64,000 bases of DNA from Carcharhinus amblyrhynchos (lineage: Eukaryota), in the NCBI GenBank assembly GCA_965287045.1, contig OZ336878.1, positions 104,966,001-105,030,000 on the forward strand. The letters run 5' to 3'. Shown one piece after another: positions 1-14,339 of this stretch. The number at the start of each line of letters is the position of its first letter. Position 1 is the stretch's first letter. A program made the translations under genes and the position numbers. The notes under the pieces are model-generated. The model did no database searches and had not been told where the DNA came from. It saw only the letters and a list, made by a program, of their open reading frames with translations.

Positions 1-760
1 TTTCATTGTGCGAGACTTGCAGATTGATGGTGAATTGAATTTACAGCATTTATAAAGCTCTAAGCTGTGTATTGACGACGAGATGCAGAACTTTAAAATT
101 CTGAACTGTGTATCGATGAAGAAACGTACAACTTTGCAGCCTGACGAATACAAGGTTCTAATGTTTTCTTCGAGCAGCTGTATACAACGTTGCTTCAAAG
201 GCGATTGCAAGAAATTGCGTCAGCAACTGAAATGAATTCACATACAAATGAAGTACAAATCGCAACACAGGAGGACACATACTTTAAAGAGCGGATTAAT
301 ACAAATCACTATACTGGTCACACATTGTGTCCTGAATGATGGTGCACAGTTCAGAACGTCGTGCTGAGGGCTACCAACGACAACTAAGCAACGCAAGAAT
401 CCACAACATCATTTCACAAGGCAGGGATGAACATTTTCCGATCATTTCGCAACAGATTCCTTGTTTATAACATCAATGTCGGTCTGGCGTTAAATCGCCG
501 ACATCAGAGACCATTATTTTGACAGTTTTTATTACTCTCCGTTCCGTCAAGTGACGCTCAACACACGGGAACCAACCAACATTGCGTTCATGACAACATT
601 CCAAGTGGTTCATGAAGAATTTTGTGACAGAATTATCCACAGACAACATTTCCGAGTTCAAATCAAAGTTAGAATGTGTACGACAAATGGTCTATATCAC
701 ACAGTCGTGTATCATGTGCACAGAGAAGGAAACATCTAATGTATTCGGAAAAATCAGGAG
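1..760 (+). pseudogene. Decayed C-terminal part of a very large interferon-inducible GTPase (GVIN1/URGCP-like); runs off the window start
   Basis: Manual translation across stops and frameshifts gives, in order, GHTLCPE*, TSFHKAGMN, FLVYNI and KWFMKNFVTELS (603-638). These resemble the GVIN C-terminal motifs CPFC, FHRP-G, LV-DIC and YWKWFV. Motif recall only. Confidence 0.45.
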
Positions 761-1384
761 TCGACATAAATTTTCGTTGACGATGTTATCAAGTAACACT
801 TAAAAAAAAGCATCACGGTATTAATTAAAGTTCATTCTGGGTTCCGTACAAACGGTTGATTATTAATATTATTCCAGCCTTCCCCAAAAAATGAATAAAT
901 GAATTGTTTCCCACATTTAAGTTAGAATCATTGTTCTTTACATATAATCAGCAGTTAACGGACTGTTGTAGGAGCAAGCCCCCGGCAAATGAAAGTCAAT
1001 GCAAATCAGGTGTAAAATCTGCACCATATTTTAAGCGAAACATGGTTAACAGAATTCTGTCTTCCTCGTAGAAAGTCACTGCATACCAAAAATTGGATCA
1101 CAACTTCGAAAGAGTTATGTCGTAGACATTATTATATTCAAGTTGGACATGAATGTCGCTCCCTCCATCTCGCCAAAATAAGTGGGAATATTCTCTGTTT
1201 TTTTTAACAATGTTCGGTACCAGTTGTATGAACAATTAAATTGGGGAAAACACAGTGTCAGCTGAACAAGATCAAACCTGTGCAGATTATTGACAAGTGT
1301 TATTTAAAGAGCTTAGTATCAGGGAACTACCATATGCAACATCAAATTATCCTGCAAAATGCAATCAATGGCGTGAAAATAATA

Positions 1385-1537
1385 GTAAGAAGTCTCACAA
1401 CACTAGGTTAAAGTCCAACAGGTTTATTTGGTAGCAAAAGTAAGCACTGCCAAATAAACTTGTTGGACTTTAACCTTTCGGTTGAAGTCTCACCTCTTAC
1501 TGTACTTACTCCAGTCCAACGACAGCATCTTCACATT
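1385..1537. mobile_element. Short palindromic Penelope-like repeat (shark type)
   Basis: ggttaaagtccaacaggtttatttgg is followed ~15 nt later by its near reverse complement ccaaataaacttgttggactttaacc, then the tail cagtccaacgacagcatcttcaca. Confidence 0.6.
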
Positions 1538-1669
1538 GTGAGAATAATATACAGGCAAGTCAATGCTCAACGCAAACAACAGCCAATTTAACTTGATCTG
1601 CATTTGAACAGGACAGTCCAATACATGTAATGGCCTCAAGTGCATGTCAATCGCAAGCAATATGTGGCA

Positions 1670-1850
1670 ATGTTCTCAGCTGCTGTCTCGCCAAAGATAG
1701 TCCAAAATCTGAAGCGCACAACTGAGGATCGTGATGGAAACCACTTGAATTGTTTCATGAATTAACCTCCACACACGCTGAAGGTGCTCAGTAGAATCCA
1801 CATGACAAAGCATACTTTTTGATCAGATGCCCATCTACTAATCCTAACAT
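1670..1850 (+). mobile_element. Old LINE (L2/Crack/CR1-group) ORF2 C-terminal fragment
   Basis: Diverged match to the same LINE family seen at 24140-25090 (RT 3' region). Confidence 0.45.
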
Positions 1851-2289
1851 ACATATGACAAATTGTAGACGAGCATAAATTTCATCAATATGATTTTATG
1901 TATGTTGCAGCATCAGCAGTGTCCTCTGAGGTAATTAGCTCTGCGCTGACATGCTTATCAAAAAATGTTTTTTTTTGCCATCAGCAACAGTAGCATCGAT
2001 AATTCCCCTTGCGATATCAATTAATTTGTGTCTCAGGCGGGTTTTAATGATTATGATTTGCTCCATGTGATTCAGCCAATACTGACATGCATAAATATTA
2101 TATGACGTTGTTCTCTCTCTGTTACCTTGCAATGCTTCTTTATGTTTCTGGATTTCTAACAAAAACAAATTGCAATATTGTTAATTATTTAATTTTAATG
2201 GAAACGTCACTGTGCAAATCATAACGATTTTACGCTTTAGGAAAATTGCATTATTTCTGTACTATACGCTTCTACATTTGAATGACTAC

Positions 2290-4320
2290 ATCAGTTTACA
2301 GTTACATCAGATGATCTGTCAGAAATATGAATAAGGGCATCGGCATTTGCTTTGTTATTCATCAACCTGGGAATTGGAAAATCAATGCATACACCAAATC
2401 TGAGCTCCGAATGTCCGAATTGTTTCACAAAACAAAACAACGTTTCCTTTTTCATGAAGAAAAATATGAAAGATTTTACAAACTGAATTAAGGACAAGTG
2501 TGCTTGAACTGCGTTGGACCCGCCTAGAATAAAATAAATCTCTATCTCGCCAGAGGCGCTGTTTGATTTGTTTTGCTTTCGATATTGCTGGTCTTAGGTA
2601 GCATGGAATGAGTGCTTTGTCATAGGATACTGCTGTTGAAAGATGGGAAAAATAATGAAGATGCTGACTCAAAAATCTAATACCTGCATACTAGCCTACA
2701 ATAGATAGCAGTTACGATAGTAAATACATTTGGAAATATAGTTCCCAAGTTATTTTCATCCTGCAGAATGCTACTCATTATAATAATCAAAATATAGATT
2801 AAAAGACACAGAATCATGTTGAAGGTTCAAATATCAACAACTGGAGTGAGGGGACATTTTGGTCGAACATATATTTGGCGGTTTTTTTTAATTGCCTTTG
2901 GGTAGAATGTCGTGGAATTTAATCAACGCTCTTACAGACAAATATTCCACTTCGACACTGTGACAAAATATGGGCTATGCTGAGAAAGTACAGTTGAGCA
3001 GAAGGTTTAATTAAAGTTGCAATGCATTGCAAAATAGGCTTCGTAGGAAATATAGTCCACACTTCTCTAAATTAATGTATTTACTACATGCTAGTTACAA
3101 ATATTAAATAAATGCATCCAATTCACGCTTGAAAAAAACAACTGTATGTATTTCTCTGAAGAACAATATACACCGGCCAAGTACTGTTTCTGGAGGTTAC
3201 AGATTAATTAATTTTATTTCAAGGACAGTTTATGAACTCTGGGTTCACTCTTTTAGAAAACTTGAAACAGACTGTTATGATTTTCTGGAATGATAACAAA
3301 ACATCCTCTCAACCTTTTTTTTCAAAGGTGAACACACAGTTCTGTTTCCTGACGTGTCAAAAATGAATACACCAGTTTTCTGAAGTTATGAGTTCGCCAA
3401 AAAGAAAATCACAACGACATTTCACTTTAAGCATGGCGTGTCTGAGCAATTGAAGTCTTCTTTCCATTGGAAGAGAAATGCGATTTGGATAAAGGGCATT
3501 AACTTCTGATTGACATCCCGATTTGCGCTGACATGTTTGAAAGAAAACGTTGGTGAAAACATATCTTTCAAAAAGAAACGTTGTATATTAGAACAGCAAA
3601 ATTGTTTCAATTCCTTGGTAGTCGCTATTTAATCATGAAAACCACGTTTGCAGAAATCAAATGAAGTAAATTGTAGGATTATCGTAGAGTTGCTTGCTTA
3701 CCATCGTCTTTTCTGAATGATGTTTCTTCTGCAAGGAATTCATGCTCAGATCATGATACAATTAAATTGCATATCTGCATTGAATTAATTAGTTTATTGA
3801 ATGCGTAATGATTCAGTTAATCTATACCAAATCCCGATGCCTGGCAGAAGGGTCGATAAGTTGAGTTATAACTGCGTTTGCTTCATTGGATTTACAAAAT
3901 TAAATAGATCTGTACTGAGAGTTTTTTTTAAAAATTCAGAACTAAATTTGGTGCAGCAACTGGCTTCCTAGATAACTGGACTCATGAGCTTATTTTCTCA
4001 ATGCAATGAAACCTGATGTCTAAATCTGCTCAGGTCCAGAAGTAGCATTCAGGCCAGTTGGTCTGCAGTATCCGTAAGTGGTCTGTATGTGTAATTTACT
4101 CAAATTTAGCTTTGCAAATTCAAAGTAAACGCCCACAAAACATAAATCTGATGGGTCAGTTATCTTCAACATCTCAATTGTATATAAGTGGAAAATGTGC
4201 GAAATGCATCTGAAACATTTTTATTTGACCAGCAGTTAACTACTTTGGCTGGAATTCACACTGATGCAATATATTGTCGTTCTGCACCGACGCTATAGTT
4301 AATTAAGATTGCCAACGCCG
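2290..4320 (+). pseudogene. Decayed NLR (NLRC3/NLRP-like) large NACHT exon
   Basis: Motifs occur in the expected order and spacing: Walker A-like GIGKS (2370-2384); PEALF, Walker B region (~2550); QKLIPAY, like KLLP..V.VTSR (~2670); YFSEEQ and CYDFL (~3150-3290); LMSLFSQCNET (~3980); FSFANSK*TPT (~4106); LKHFYL and VLHRR. It ends at a GT donor (4321). Many stops and frameshifts. Confidence 0.5.
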
Positions 4321-4559
4321 GTAATTGCTCAGAAAGCTACGGAAATTTGTCGTACCTGCTACAACTTTCACATTATTTTACAGATGCGCTTAAAAAAAAA
4401 AGCCCTTTCCGGATGTGCCACAGCTTCGGAAGCCACCTTCTCTCATTAACACAGAGAGAAACTAGAAAGGATTGTGAATGTAGCCTAGTCCATCATCCAA
4501 GTCACCCACACACAGAGACTCCGTCTACGCTTGCCACTGTCACGCAAAAGCAACCATTT

Positions 4560-4880
4560 GCTAAGCCATTTAAGAGGATAGTTGAGAGTAAACCGCGTTA
4601 CGGTGGGACTGGAGTTACGTGCGGGCAAATCGGAATGGGGTGAGGGGGGCGGTTGGTGGTAGAGTGGAGATTTCCTTTCCTTAAAAATATGACTGAACCA
4701 GATTTTTTTTTCAAACAATCTAAAATTGTTTCATGGACAGCAATGGATTATTAATTCCTTAGTTTTTTTTTAACTAAAATTCCACCGTGTCTATGGTGGT
4801 ATTCGAAAACGTCTCCCTAGAATATCAGCTGAGTTGTTGAATTTTGGGTCTAGCAATAATAACACTATGCTATCGCTTCC
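4560..4880 (-). mobile_element. tRNA-derived SINE with L2-type tail (shark family)
   Basis: Reverse strand has a tRNA-like head (ggaagcgatagcatagtg...ttcgaatacc) and the same body as the copies at 25500-25760 and 32090-32420. Confidence 0.65.
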
Positions 4881-7469
4881 CTGCACATCGTTTTTAACCG
4901 ATGCTGGAGGGAGTCAGTTTGATGTTGCCATGTCGGCCTCAAGTGCAGCGGAAGATCTCTGGATGGGTCCTCAGTAGTGGGAGTGAAACAATTAGAGGGC
5001 TGACTCCATCTCACCTTCACGTGCTTCAGCAGCCCACAGAGCCACGCAGGAAAAAAAAAACTGCAATGCTCTTTAATTTTGTGGAGATAAAGGATCACAT
5101 ACTGTGTCCGATATACCACCAGTACATGTGGTGACTTTTTTAAATTCAATAACAAAGTTCTCAAATTGCCGTCTGCCGATTGCCACGAAATGACTCAGAA
5201 CACACAATTGAATCTATATTTTTGTTTTTGAGCAGTAAAGTTTCCATTCATTGTGAGACATTCATAAGAAACGAGTTTTGTAGCCATATGCATGATTTAA
5301 GTGCCATCAACAATGGCCTAGAATGCCAGTCAGTTGACAAGCACTTAGTGATTTGCAACAAATGCAGTCAAAGTCAGCGCACTTTGCATTGTATGAATGG
5401 ATAATCAACCATGCCAAGCCAAGTCAAGCATATGACAGTTGTATATTTGCATATCTGAGAAAGTTACTTCACATACACGCACACACCTACAAATCTCGCG
5501 TTCACTAGACGAACACAGCTAGCTCTCCAACCTTATGACTGACCCGCTCTCCACAACTACCTAACACACCAGCCATATTATGAATTATCAGTAATCACCC
5601 GTTTGGCCACATAACCATCTTCTAATTTAAAAAAAGTTCAAGAATGTATCCTCCTTCTTGCCCAACTGCGGACATGCTGCCAACATCAACCACTTTCCAG
5701 CTGCGTATTTGACTGATCACATGTCTACCCATAGCACTCAGTCTCCTCAGTAAACTACTAAAGCGAGGGCTACTTTGAGCCACATCTTGCCAAGTAGCCA
5801 TCACCCACCTACACAATTCCCCACTCCCTCACCTCTGAAATCTAACCAACGCATAAATATACACAGCTACATTTTGTGAGGGGGAATGATGAACGCGGCT
5901 TATTACTCCTACATCTGGCATCCGACGGGGATGATTTATTAAAGGGTATTGAATTGGCTCAATGATAATATGAAAAATGAATTAGGAAATCACTGTAACT
6001 TACGAACGGTATAATTTGAGCGTTTTGAGAATTACTTTGCTGTATCCGAAAACATTCAGTCTGAAATACAAAATCTAGTTAGCACACTGAAGTGTCGGGA
6101 CACAGCGGTACTATTGGTTTGATGGAGACGTTGTTAAACAAACGTTCTACATTCTGGAAAGACATCTTTGGCCCCTACTGGGAGCCTCAAAATCTTGTGA
6201 CATTTGTATTTCTCCAAATGTGACTCATTAAAAAAAAAAGCTGCAATGCAAGTCGGAGCCATAAACAAGCAAACGTCAGAAAATAGGTTGCAAGTATACC
6301 TAGGTGCAGTAGGGGATACATGTTGCGTGGGATAACAGATGCAGTGTCTCATGAAAATCTGCAGTCAAATGCATCCTTTAGTTTAAATCTACAACAAAAA
6401 AATGTTGAAAGTCAAACATCGGATTGCCGATGTGTTTCTCAAAGTACAAACGACAATGTTTAGTTAGCCGGGAAGAGTATGACTTTTGAGATACCCTCTG
6501 AGATTAAGCTCAGCTGACCTGTTGCAATGTAGGAACATTATGAACCTGAGCTCCTGAGAGCATTGCAATTATTTAAAATCTCCTACAGCAAGTTGGAATA
6601 ATATATAGGATATTGATGACAGTAGAATTGAACGGCTCTGCAAAAATAAAATGAGCATATTGTGTTTGCCAACTGTAATTAGTGCAGCAAGCCTGTTCGG
6701 CAATGATCTATACGAGTATTCCTGAATTTTGGGCACTTGAAAACTGGTCACGAGAGTATGAGGGTGGAAAAAAAGCAGAGCTTTCCAGGTAGGATGGCGG
6801 GAGCAAAGCCCCACGAGACAAACTAGACCATTATGGAGCAATCTGAGAGCAACGGCGGACCACTTACGTTAAAACAATCTAATCGTCTTTTTTTTCTAGA
6901 AATGATCGGGGTCTAAACTACACTGACGGACAATTATTCAGGTGAAGCTATCCAAGACGAAGAAAATGTGGATAAAAACGCGCAGGGAGACTGCACTCCG
7001 GAGTAGAAATTTATACATTGTACGTTCACAAAGGTAACAGGAGCCACAGCAATTAATAAAGAAAAACACACAGAAATAGGCAGAATAATGTTTGGCAGGA
7101 AGTGGGAAGGCACGCTACGATTTCCAATTGCAGAGGTAAATGCTTCATCCATGGCATAACACGGGCAAACCCATTACTGTTGACATATCGCATCATCCTA
7201 GGGAAATCCACACTGGGAGCTAATCCTTTTAGATTTTGCAGGACGGTTCTAATCTAATCAGAAAAATATTACTGCCTGAAAGTCATCAAACAATTCACCG
7301 AATGTGTACAAACATTTCATGAACACCACTTCCAACCGAAAGTGCAGCTATAATCATATTTGTGGACCTAATTCCCCAAATGGCTTACCAGTGTAGATAG
7401 ACTCTGATGAGGGCACACATTAAACTTGTCGGGTGATCAATTAAGTAAGTGTTTCAGAATAAAAAAAAA

Positions 7470-8850
7470 ACAACTTCCAAAACCATCCACAAGCAATGAA
7501 TCGAACACTGAATACTACACTGTGTGTTTTTCTCTGAGAAGTTAATGGAAGTCGGGCAGGAAATCAGAGCCCGTCTGAGCACTAACTTGCAATTTTTTCT
7601 GCAGACAGCTGAAGGTCCGGGGGAGTGGAGAAATGCAAATATGTTTCTGTTGCTTAAAAATGTAACAAAACATTTGTCAAACCCTACTAGGTCAGTTATT
7701 TGCACTCCGCTGGTGGACAATTTGTTGTAATGACTTCTGAGAGACCGGATGAACGTTACTTAGATGGACATTTATACATCGGGGATAATCATCATGCCGA
7801 CCATGGGGTAGAGCATAATGTCATGATCGTGATCCAAGTTGGCTGAGTAGCAGGAAGCAAAGGGCAATTATCTCTGAATGCCATTACAACTATAACGTTG
7901 CTTCACGTTGTGCTCCACAGGGCTTAGTGTTGGGACCACTGCTGCTTGTTTGACATAAATTACGGTTTGGACTTGAATGCCAGAGGTACAGTCGGGAAAT
8001 TTGCAAACAACTCAAAAAAAAAGTTACTGCGTAGTGTAGAACATAGAAAATAGGTTTAAGCTCCAAAATAATAAAAAAGATGCTTTGATGATTTAGCCTG
8101 AAAAGTAGCAGATAGATTTCAATTCTGATAATATGAGTCAATGCAGTTAGTGAGGTCAAACTGCAAAAGTGAATATACACAATAAACGGGAATATACTGA
8201 GAGGGCTAGATGAAGTGAAAGGTGTTCGCGTGCTAGTGCACAGGACCCTCAAGCAACAGTGCACGTAGATTAGGTTGCAACCAAAACATATGGAACTTTG
8301 ACCTTCGTTGCCAGAAGTACAGAATGCAAGAGTAGTGTTGAGATGAGAAAGCTGCATGAAACACTGATGAAGCCACAGCTGGTACATTGTGTGCAGTTCT
8401 GACCTGAAGAAGTACAGAAAGCACGCAATTTCTGAGCAGAAAGTGCAGACAGATTTCCTTGAACCCACAAAGCTGAAGGGTAACGTAATTAATATATGCA
8501 AGACTGGCATGCGTACAGGCAGCGTATAAAGGAGCAAACAATTTTCCTTGGCAGAGTATACAAAAAAAAAACAACGGTTATGAATTCAAGAAGGTAGCAA
8601 AAGGGTACGCGTGGACATGAAGAACATACATGCACAGTGTACGAACTATCCGGAAATCATTGCCTGAGTTCATGGTAGAGGCAAAGACCATAAAATCATC
8701 TCAAAACAGAACCTGGATTTGCACTGTAAGTGCTATAAATCAGCTCTATTTGGGTCATTTGGAGGAAGATGGGAGGGTCCGTTCAGATCTGTTGTTTGGC
8801 ATGGATAAGATGGATCAAGTATTCCCCTTCTGTGCAATATCATTTCTATT
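7470..8850 (+). mobile_element. Degraded CR1 LINE ORF2 (RT and C-terminus) with 3' tail
   Basis: Remnants of PQGSVLGPLL (ccacagggcttagtgttgggaccactg) and PQLEYCVQFW (ccacagctggtacattgtgtgcagttc), and a CR1-type 3' end. Confidence 0.75.
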
Positions 8851-10444
8851 GATCTCTGGATCATTTGGGCCAGCCCAGAAGGCTGCACGGTAAGTGTAAA
8901 GTAATGAACACGGTTGATTGCTAATTTGCATGCTTTATATATGGATCTTTAAATTAGCTAAATGGTTTTATCAAAAAGTGATGGGGGAATCTATGCAAAT
9001 GACTAAAGAGGCTTTTAGAGTTATCTGATGTATATATGATAGTACTACAAAGGATTCTAAGTAATCTTTCACACTTCTCGTAAAATAAACCACCCACTAA
9101 TATGCAGACAAGATCAATTCATAGCGGTACCACAAACTAGATACTGTTGTGGTTAAGCATCTTGCTATCAGGGAAATTCATAAGTCTTCAGTGCCCAAAT
9201 CAGTCGCCAAGGCGCTGGCGACCTTTGGCTTGCTCAATTGCTGAATTCGTAAATAATAGCAACTGGAGACTGACAAGCCTCTGAGCAACAACGGTCGGAA
9301 AATAGATAAAAATAGCTTTTGGCGGCAGAGAGCACAGATAACGCTTCCTGTAATAGGCAGTCTGTTCTATTGAAAATATGAATTCAACGATATTAGTTTA
9401 ATATAAATCAAAAAACAGTATTTTTTTTTTAATTGCCTACATATAGCTCAATACATGAATGGCATCTGATATGTTCGCCTGGAAGAGCCCTGATTTGGAG
9501 TTATCCTTTGATGTGCAGCTCTCACGACGTGTTGAATCAAATAATTGTTTTATTTCAACACGTGTCTCCTGTGATTATTGTGCATAATAACATCTCTGAC
9601 AAAACAACCCTTACACTATAAATCTCTTACACTCTTGTCATATGAGCACCTCACTTAACACCCTCATATTATGCAATCATCAGATTGTATGCTTATTAAT
9701 GCATCTGCCAACAAAGGCACCCATCTACCCATTTTGGCATCTGTGCAAACAATAAGGCACCTTTTACCGATTTAGCCATTCCATCTTCCCTTATCTATCC
9801 ACCCATCAGCTCAGCCAGCTCGCCAATCTTAATCGCGTGCTTCCACTCATTTAGCAACCAGGCACAATTCCAACTACTTACCTATCCACATACGGGCATG
9901 TCTGCACACCTATCTATCTTTCGCATCAGTTTCCCCACCTCACCCAATTCTCCAAATAGAAATCTCCGTAAAGCCTCCAAAGGCATCCACCTACCACTGC
10001 ACAACACCCACTTACCTAAGAGCACACGTTAAACAACCATTCTTCTGGTCTGCCCCCCGAAGTACCCACATACCTCAGCTTCTACAGAGCTGCAATTCAC
10101 ACCTACCCATGTACACCGCTGATTCTTTAATTCACATTACTCCATAAATCAGTTATGTCATCGAGAAATAGGGCACAACGCTGTCTTACAATGAAGGATC
10201 AAAAGTATATTTCTAGTAAATGTGTCATGTCTGAGCAGAAATCTAATTTGAGAAGTACGAACTGCAATCAGTATCAATCGGTTCAAACTGTTTGCAAGTT
10301 AGAAAGGATTTCTAGCATGAGCACAATTATATTGCCACCTGAATTTTGCAGTGCTATTTTCAATTCTTCCAGATCTAAGGAAAAAAAAACAGAAGTTTGT
10401 GGCAAATCATATTGTTTGTGCAACATTTTTGTTCTATTTCAAAG

Positions 10445-10528
10445 TGTGCGTAAGAATCGGGTATTTTTTAAGGACTCAGGTGTTACAGACGCCTTACTAA
10501 ACATGCGTGCCTAAACATAATATGAGAC
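10445..10528 (+). pseudogene. 84-nt LRR exon remnant of the NLR pseudogene
   Basis: Pyrimidine tract plus AG (10443-10444) and gtaatt donor (10529). Exactly 84 nt, phase 2, translating VRKNRVFFKDSGVTDALLNMRA*T*YE. The 84-nt phase-2 pattern is canonical for RI-type LRR exons of NLRs. Confidence 0.55.
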
Positions 10529-10554
10529 GTAATTCCTATGGCTCTGAACATTAG

Positions 10555-10555
<1 letters not shown>

Positions 10556-10593
<38 letters not shown>
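10556..10593. repeat. (TG)19 microsatellite
   Basis: Directly visible perfect dinucleotide run. Confidence 0.98.
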
Positions 10594-10596
<3 letters not shown>

Positions 10597-11088
10597 TGGT
10601 GACACGTAGCGATATTGCAAAAATGTGCATTGCATGAAGATAACAATTCAGTTGAATTCGTCAGTGGTTAATAACCAGCACATTTCAGTGAAACAGTTTA
10701 GTCATACTAATGAGTTAGAATAACAGTACGGTAAATAGAAATTCAAAAGACAAACATTACAAAAAAAATCTACATTTGCTGTTATAAATAATGTGTCATT
10801 GTATTGATCTGTCGACATGTAATCCACAGTAATGGTAGCTACTAGGCGAATACCAGTTCCAGCACCACCAAGAAAGCGGAAGGATAATTACTCAGTCGAT
10901 TAATAAAATTAAAACGTCAGTGATAATTCTGAATAATTATCAGAATAATTTGACCACGTGGTCCTAAATTGCATCCGGTTACTGAAAGAATGTGAGGAAG
11001 GAACATAATAATCCAATCAAAGATGAAGTCATGACCACGTCAAAACAATTTTGTTTTCATTCCGAAGTCGGTCCTGTCCCTGCCGTAG

Positions 11089-11182
11089 ACACATATAAAT
11101 AATGATATATAGGAAACGGGAAATAGTGCCGGAAATTTGGCTGCAGAGCCCATAAGTTCTCACTGTATCAACGCGCACATGG
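11089..11182 (+). pseudogene. Possible second LRR exon remnant
   Basis: Bounded by ag and gtaagc; translates NDI*ETGNSAGNLAAEP, like N-I...GA..LA.AL. The 94-nt length is non-canonical. Confidence 0.3.
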
Positions 11183-11439
11183 GTAAGCAAATTTGCTTCA
11201 TCAGTGGTTCTGCCATCTGACTAATTTTGGCTTTATCAATGGCCGACTGTCGGATCTGGCTGTGAATCCTTATACCTATCAGACTGTGCCAACTTCAAAT
11301 ATTTCCAAAATAACCAGAATGAAACCGCAGTTGACCTCACCTTTAACATCCCCTTTCAGCGATGCCTCTGCAAATAACCACTGCACAGTCCTTGTGTATA
11401 TAGAGCATATTTTGCGAATAACATGTAATTAATAGTGAG

Positions 11440-11975
11440 GCACTGCCAGCAGAATGTCGGTTTTGTATCACAACAACTCTGGAAATGAAAGTGTCCATCG
11501 ATGAACGAAATATTTATCTTCACAGTTTAGCATATCTATACAACCACGTTCAGGCGAGGTTATTGAGCTTGCAAAAACAAGAAATCTCACCATCAATGAA
11601 CCCGCCTTACCAATTGATGAGGTGCCAACCCGAGAACAATACAAGTCACATTCTAAAGAGACGTTCAGAAGAAAGCTCATCACAAGTCACACATTGCGTC
11701 ATGAATTGTCATGGCAACTAAGTCATTCGTACGTCTGCAGGTACCAAGCATTTTCGTATAAGAGAGAAGACAGCATCATTTCCAGTTATTTTTCTACAGA
11801 CATGACGCACAGTAGACGAATCTCGGCAGCATTTTGAGCTCCACAACTTCAAGAGAGAAGTCTTCAGAATAACTTAATTACAACTGCTGATAGAAAGGCA
11901 ATGTCAACGTCATCGGCTACAACACTTCTTATATCCCTAACAATGTGGCACAGTGTGGTTGTGGACTTCTGTTAA
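11440..11975 (+). mobile_element. Possible Gypsy-type pol/integrase remnant
   Basis: Ends in MWHSVVVDFC (like PW..V.VDFCGP); the rest is heavily decayed. Confidence 0.3.
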
Positions 11976-12199
11976 GAAGCAGCAGGTTACCGAACCCACT
12001 GTTTTACTTGAAACAAACCTTTTGTACGTAACGACAATGTGTGGGTCGGCACATTGTGATGTATACGTGTACAAAATGTGAAATGTAACCTACTTTTAAC
12101 AAGGAGAAGGGACACCCCTGTAATCGATGCTATGTAGTAATACTTATTAAATAGTTGCGTGCTGACTAGTACTCAAATTTGTGCCCAAATATTCCTTCT

Positions 12200-14290
12200 A
12201 CGTCTTGACTAAACAACCTTCTCCAAAAATAGAGAAAGGAACTGATTCCCAAAGTTGTTCAGGAGTTGCTTCTCAATAATTTCAACGTGCATTTGAACGA
12301 CTGTAGCATCATGGAGCTGTGGATTTTTTTTTATTGTGTGTGAGTAAAGCGTAGCATTATGGATGATAGCTGTGTTTCCCACAAGTTTTTGTTTTACAGT
12401 CTTATGGTAGCACGTCATGATATATGCCGCATCTCTTTCTAGCTTCTGTTGTCGCCAGTTGCTTCAGCAGTGCAACTTGCTGCACCAAACTATGAGATTT
12501 GGGGATCTTCTTTGATTAATGGCAAGTATGCAGTAACAACCGTCTCTGTTTTGATGTTAAACAATCCGTGTTCACGTGCTGGAAGAATTTTACCAGACAG
12601 AGTCTTGAATTGATAATGGAAAATATCATTCACCACACATAATGTCAGGCAATGATAATCTCGAAGGTAAATAGATTCAGTGATCTTCATTCTACGGCGT
12701 TTGGTATATTTTTGGGCTTTTCCACGTCCAGCCCCGTAGAATTTGTGGATATCAATGTCATTAATTTTTCTTGACCAGTCAATTAATGCAGCGCCTATAC
12801 ATGTCTGTCAGAAGTTCACACCATCCCTACAGTACCGAAGGAGGACATTCGACCCATTGAGTTTGTACCGACTTCAATTCCTATTCCCATAACCCCACAT
12901 TAGCCCTGCTAATCTCCTGAAACTATTGTTAATTTACCATGACCAATCAAACTAAAACGTATATCTTTGGAGTTCGACATATGCAGCAAATTACTGACAT
13001 TGTCGCCCTGGAAATTCGTCTTCCAAATATAAAGATCGAGAACGCAGTAGAAAACTCCCACTAATTGTGTCCCCAAAACTCTGACGAAAAAATGGCATCC
13101 TGCTTGGCAAGCGACCCTTCCACGACCGTAAACATCTGCTTGATCAAGTTTGGCCTACATTGCTAAATCAGATCCTTCAGTGTCTTAAATAATAAGTTGC
13201 AGATTCAGCAGTGAGCATTGAGGCTAATTGCTCTACATTGACTTCTCGGCATAGAGCCGATTTGAAGGAAAAAATGCGGAATAAGCAAAAAGCTTGTTCC
13301 ACAGTTCCATATCGACAACAAATGTCCAAAATACCAGGCTAGCCTTTTTCAAATGTGGGACATGCATTATTGAATTCAAATAACAGTGACATGAATAAAT
13401 AATAAATGAGCCATGTTTGACATTTTCACTGACATTTACCTTGTAAAGCATTTGCAAGTTTTTGCGTTGCTAAAAAGAAAACAAGCCGTTTGTTTAGATA
13501 TCTAAATTCAAACAAAATGTTATTGCATCGATCGAAAGTTCCTTTCATCAGACTGCATTACTCATTTCTCAGATGCATGTGTTGGTGAATGTCTGAATGA
13601 GTTTGCAGTAATAACAGACTGCTTTGGGTAAAATTCAGTCTTCACATCATCAGTTGCTCTCAAGTTTTCAACTTCGGGCTTTAGTCATATAACAGAATTG
13701 GAAGGAATACTGAGAAACTACTTTGCAAATCAGAATATGCTAAATCATTGTAAAAATGGTCATCATTCCAGCTATTCAGATTCAAGATACAACAGGTGCT
13801 GGATATTGACGTGTGAAAAAAATGTGCTTGGAACACTCAACATTCTGACCAGAAATGTTAACACCGTATAATTGCTGAGACGATGCTTGACCTACTTTGT
13901 TTTGCACACATCACAACTTTACTTATTATTTTGCAACTGATTCTGATGTGGCTCCATGAAATGTTGCTTATAAAGGTGCAGATGGACTGAGCAGATTTAT
14001 AGAGCAACCTGTAATCTCTGGCTTTCCTGTTCTGGAAAATGCAAAGGGGAGTGCCATAATTTACATCAGCCATTTTTGGGATGTTAATAAGCTTCAACCT
14101 GGAAAGATGCAAATTGCACAATCGATTCTAAAGTCACTAAGCTTCTCATTCTCGGAACTTTTCCTGTGCATTATATGGAACGAATTTTACAACATTTGCA
14201 ATGTTTCCAATGAACATGAGGTAGACTGTGCGGCTTCCAAACTACTCGATAATGGAAAAAATATTTCTGGCAAGTAACATTGAAGTCCGA
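12200..14290 (-). pseudogene. Decayed VLIG-type GTPase domain (GVIN1/URGCP-like)
   Basis: Minus-strand motifs in the correct order: (R>*)EM (13563-13571); QKLANALQG; CGTSFLL...FLQ, a degenerate G1 like SGKSTLLN..FGLQF (~13260-13303); DTEG, G3 (13173-13184); FQGDNV, like FVHQNV. Interrupted by a SINE fragment at ~12820-12975. Confidence 0.55.
12820..12975 (-). mobile_element. HE1/V-SINE 3' fragment
   Basis: ccctacagtaccgaaggaggacattcgaccca is the reverse complement of the HE1/CR1-type tail. Confidence 0.6.
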
Positions 14291-14339
14291 CTGAATTATT
14301 GTTTTTGCTACTGATATGTACGGGGACATGTGAATTCGT

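Noticed and set aside
7890-8537. Longest ORF in the track (215 aa, - strand)
   Set aside because: Antisense to a degraded CR1 ORF2; no independent protein signal.
12700-12760. FYGAGRGKA as a separate P-loop/NACHT start
   Set aside because: It lacks the S/T after GK and any downstream NACHT motifs, and lies within the region better explained by the GVIN-like pseudogene.
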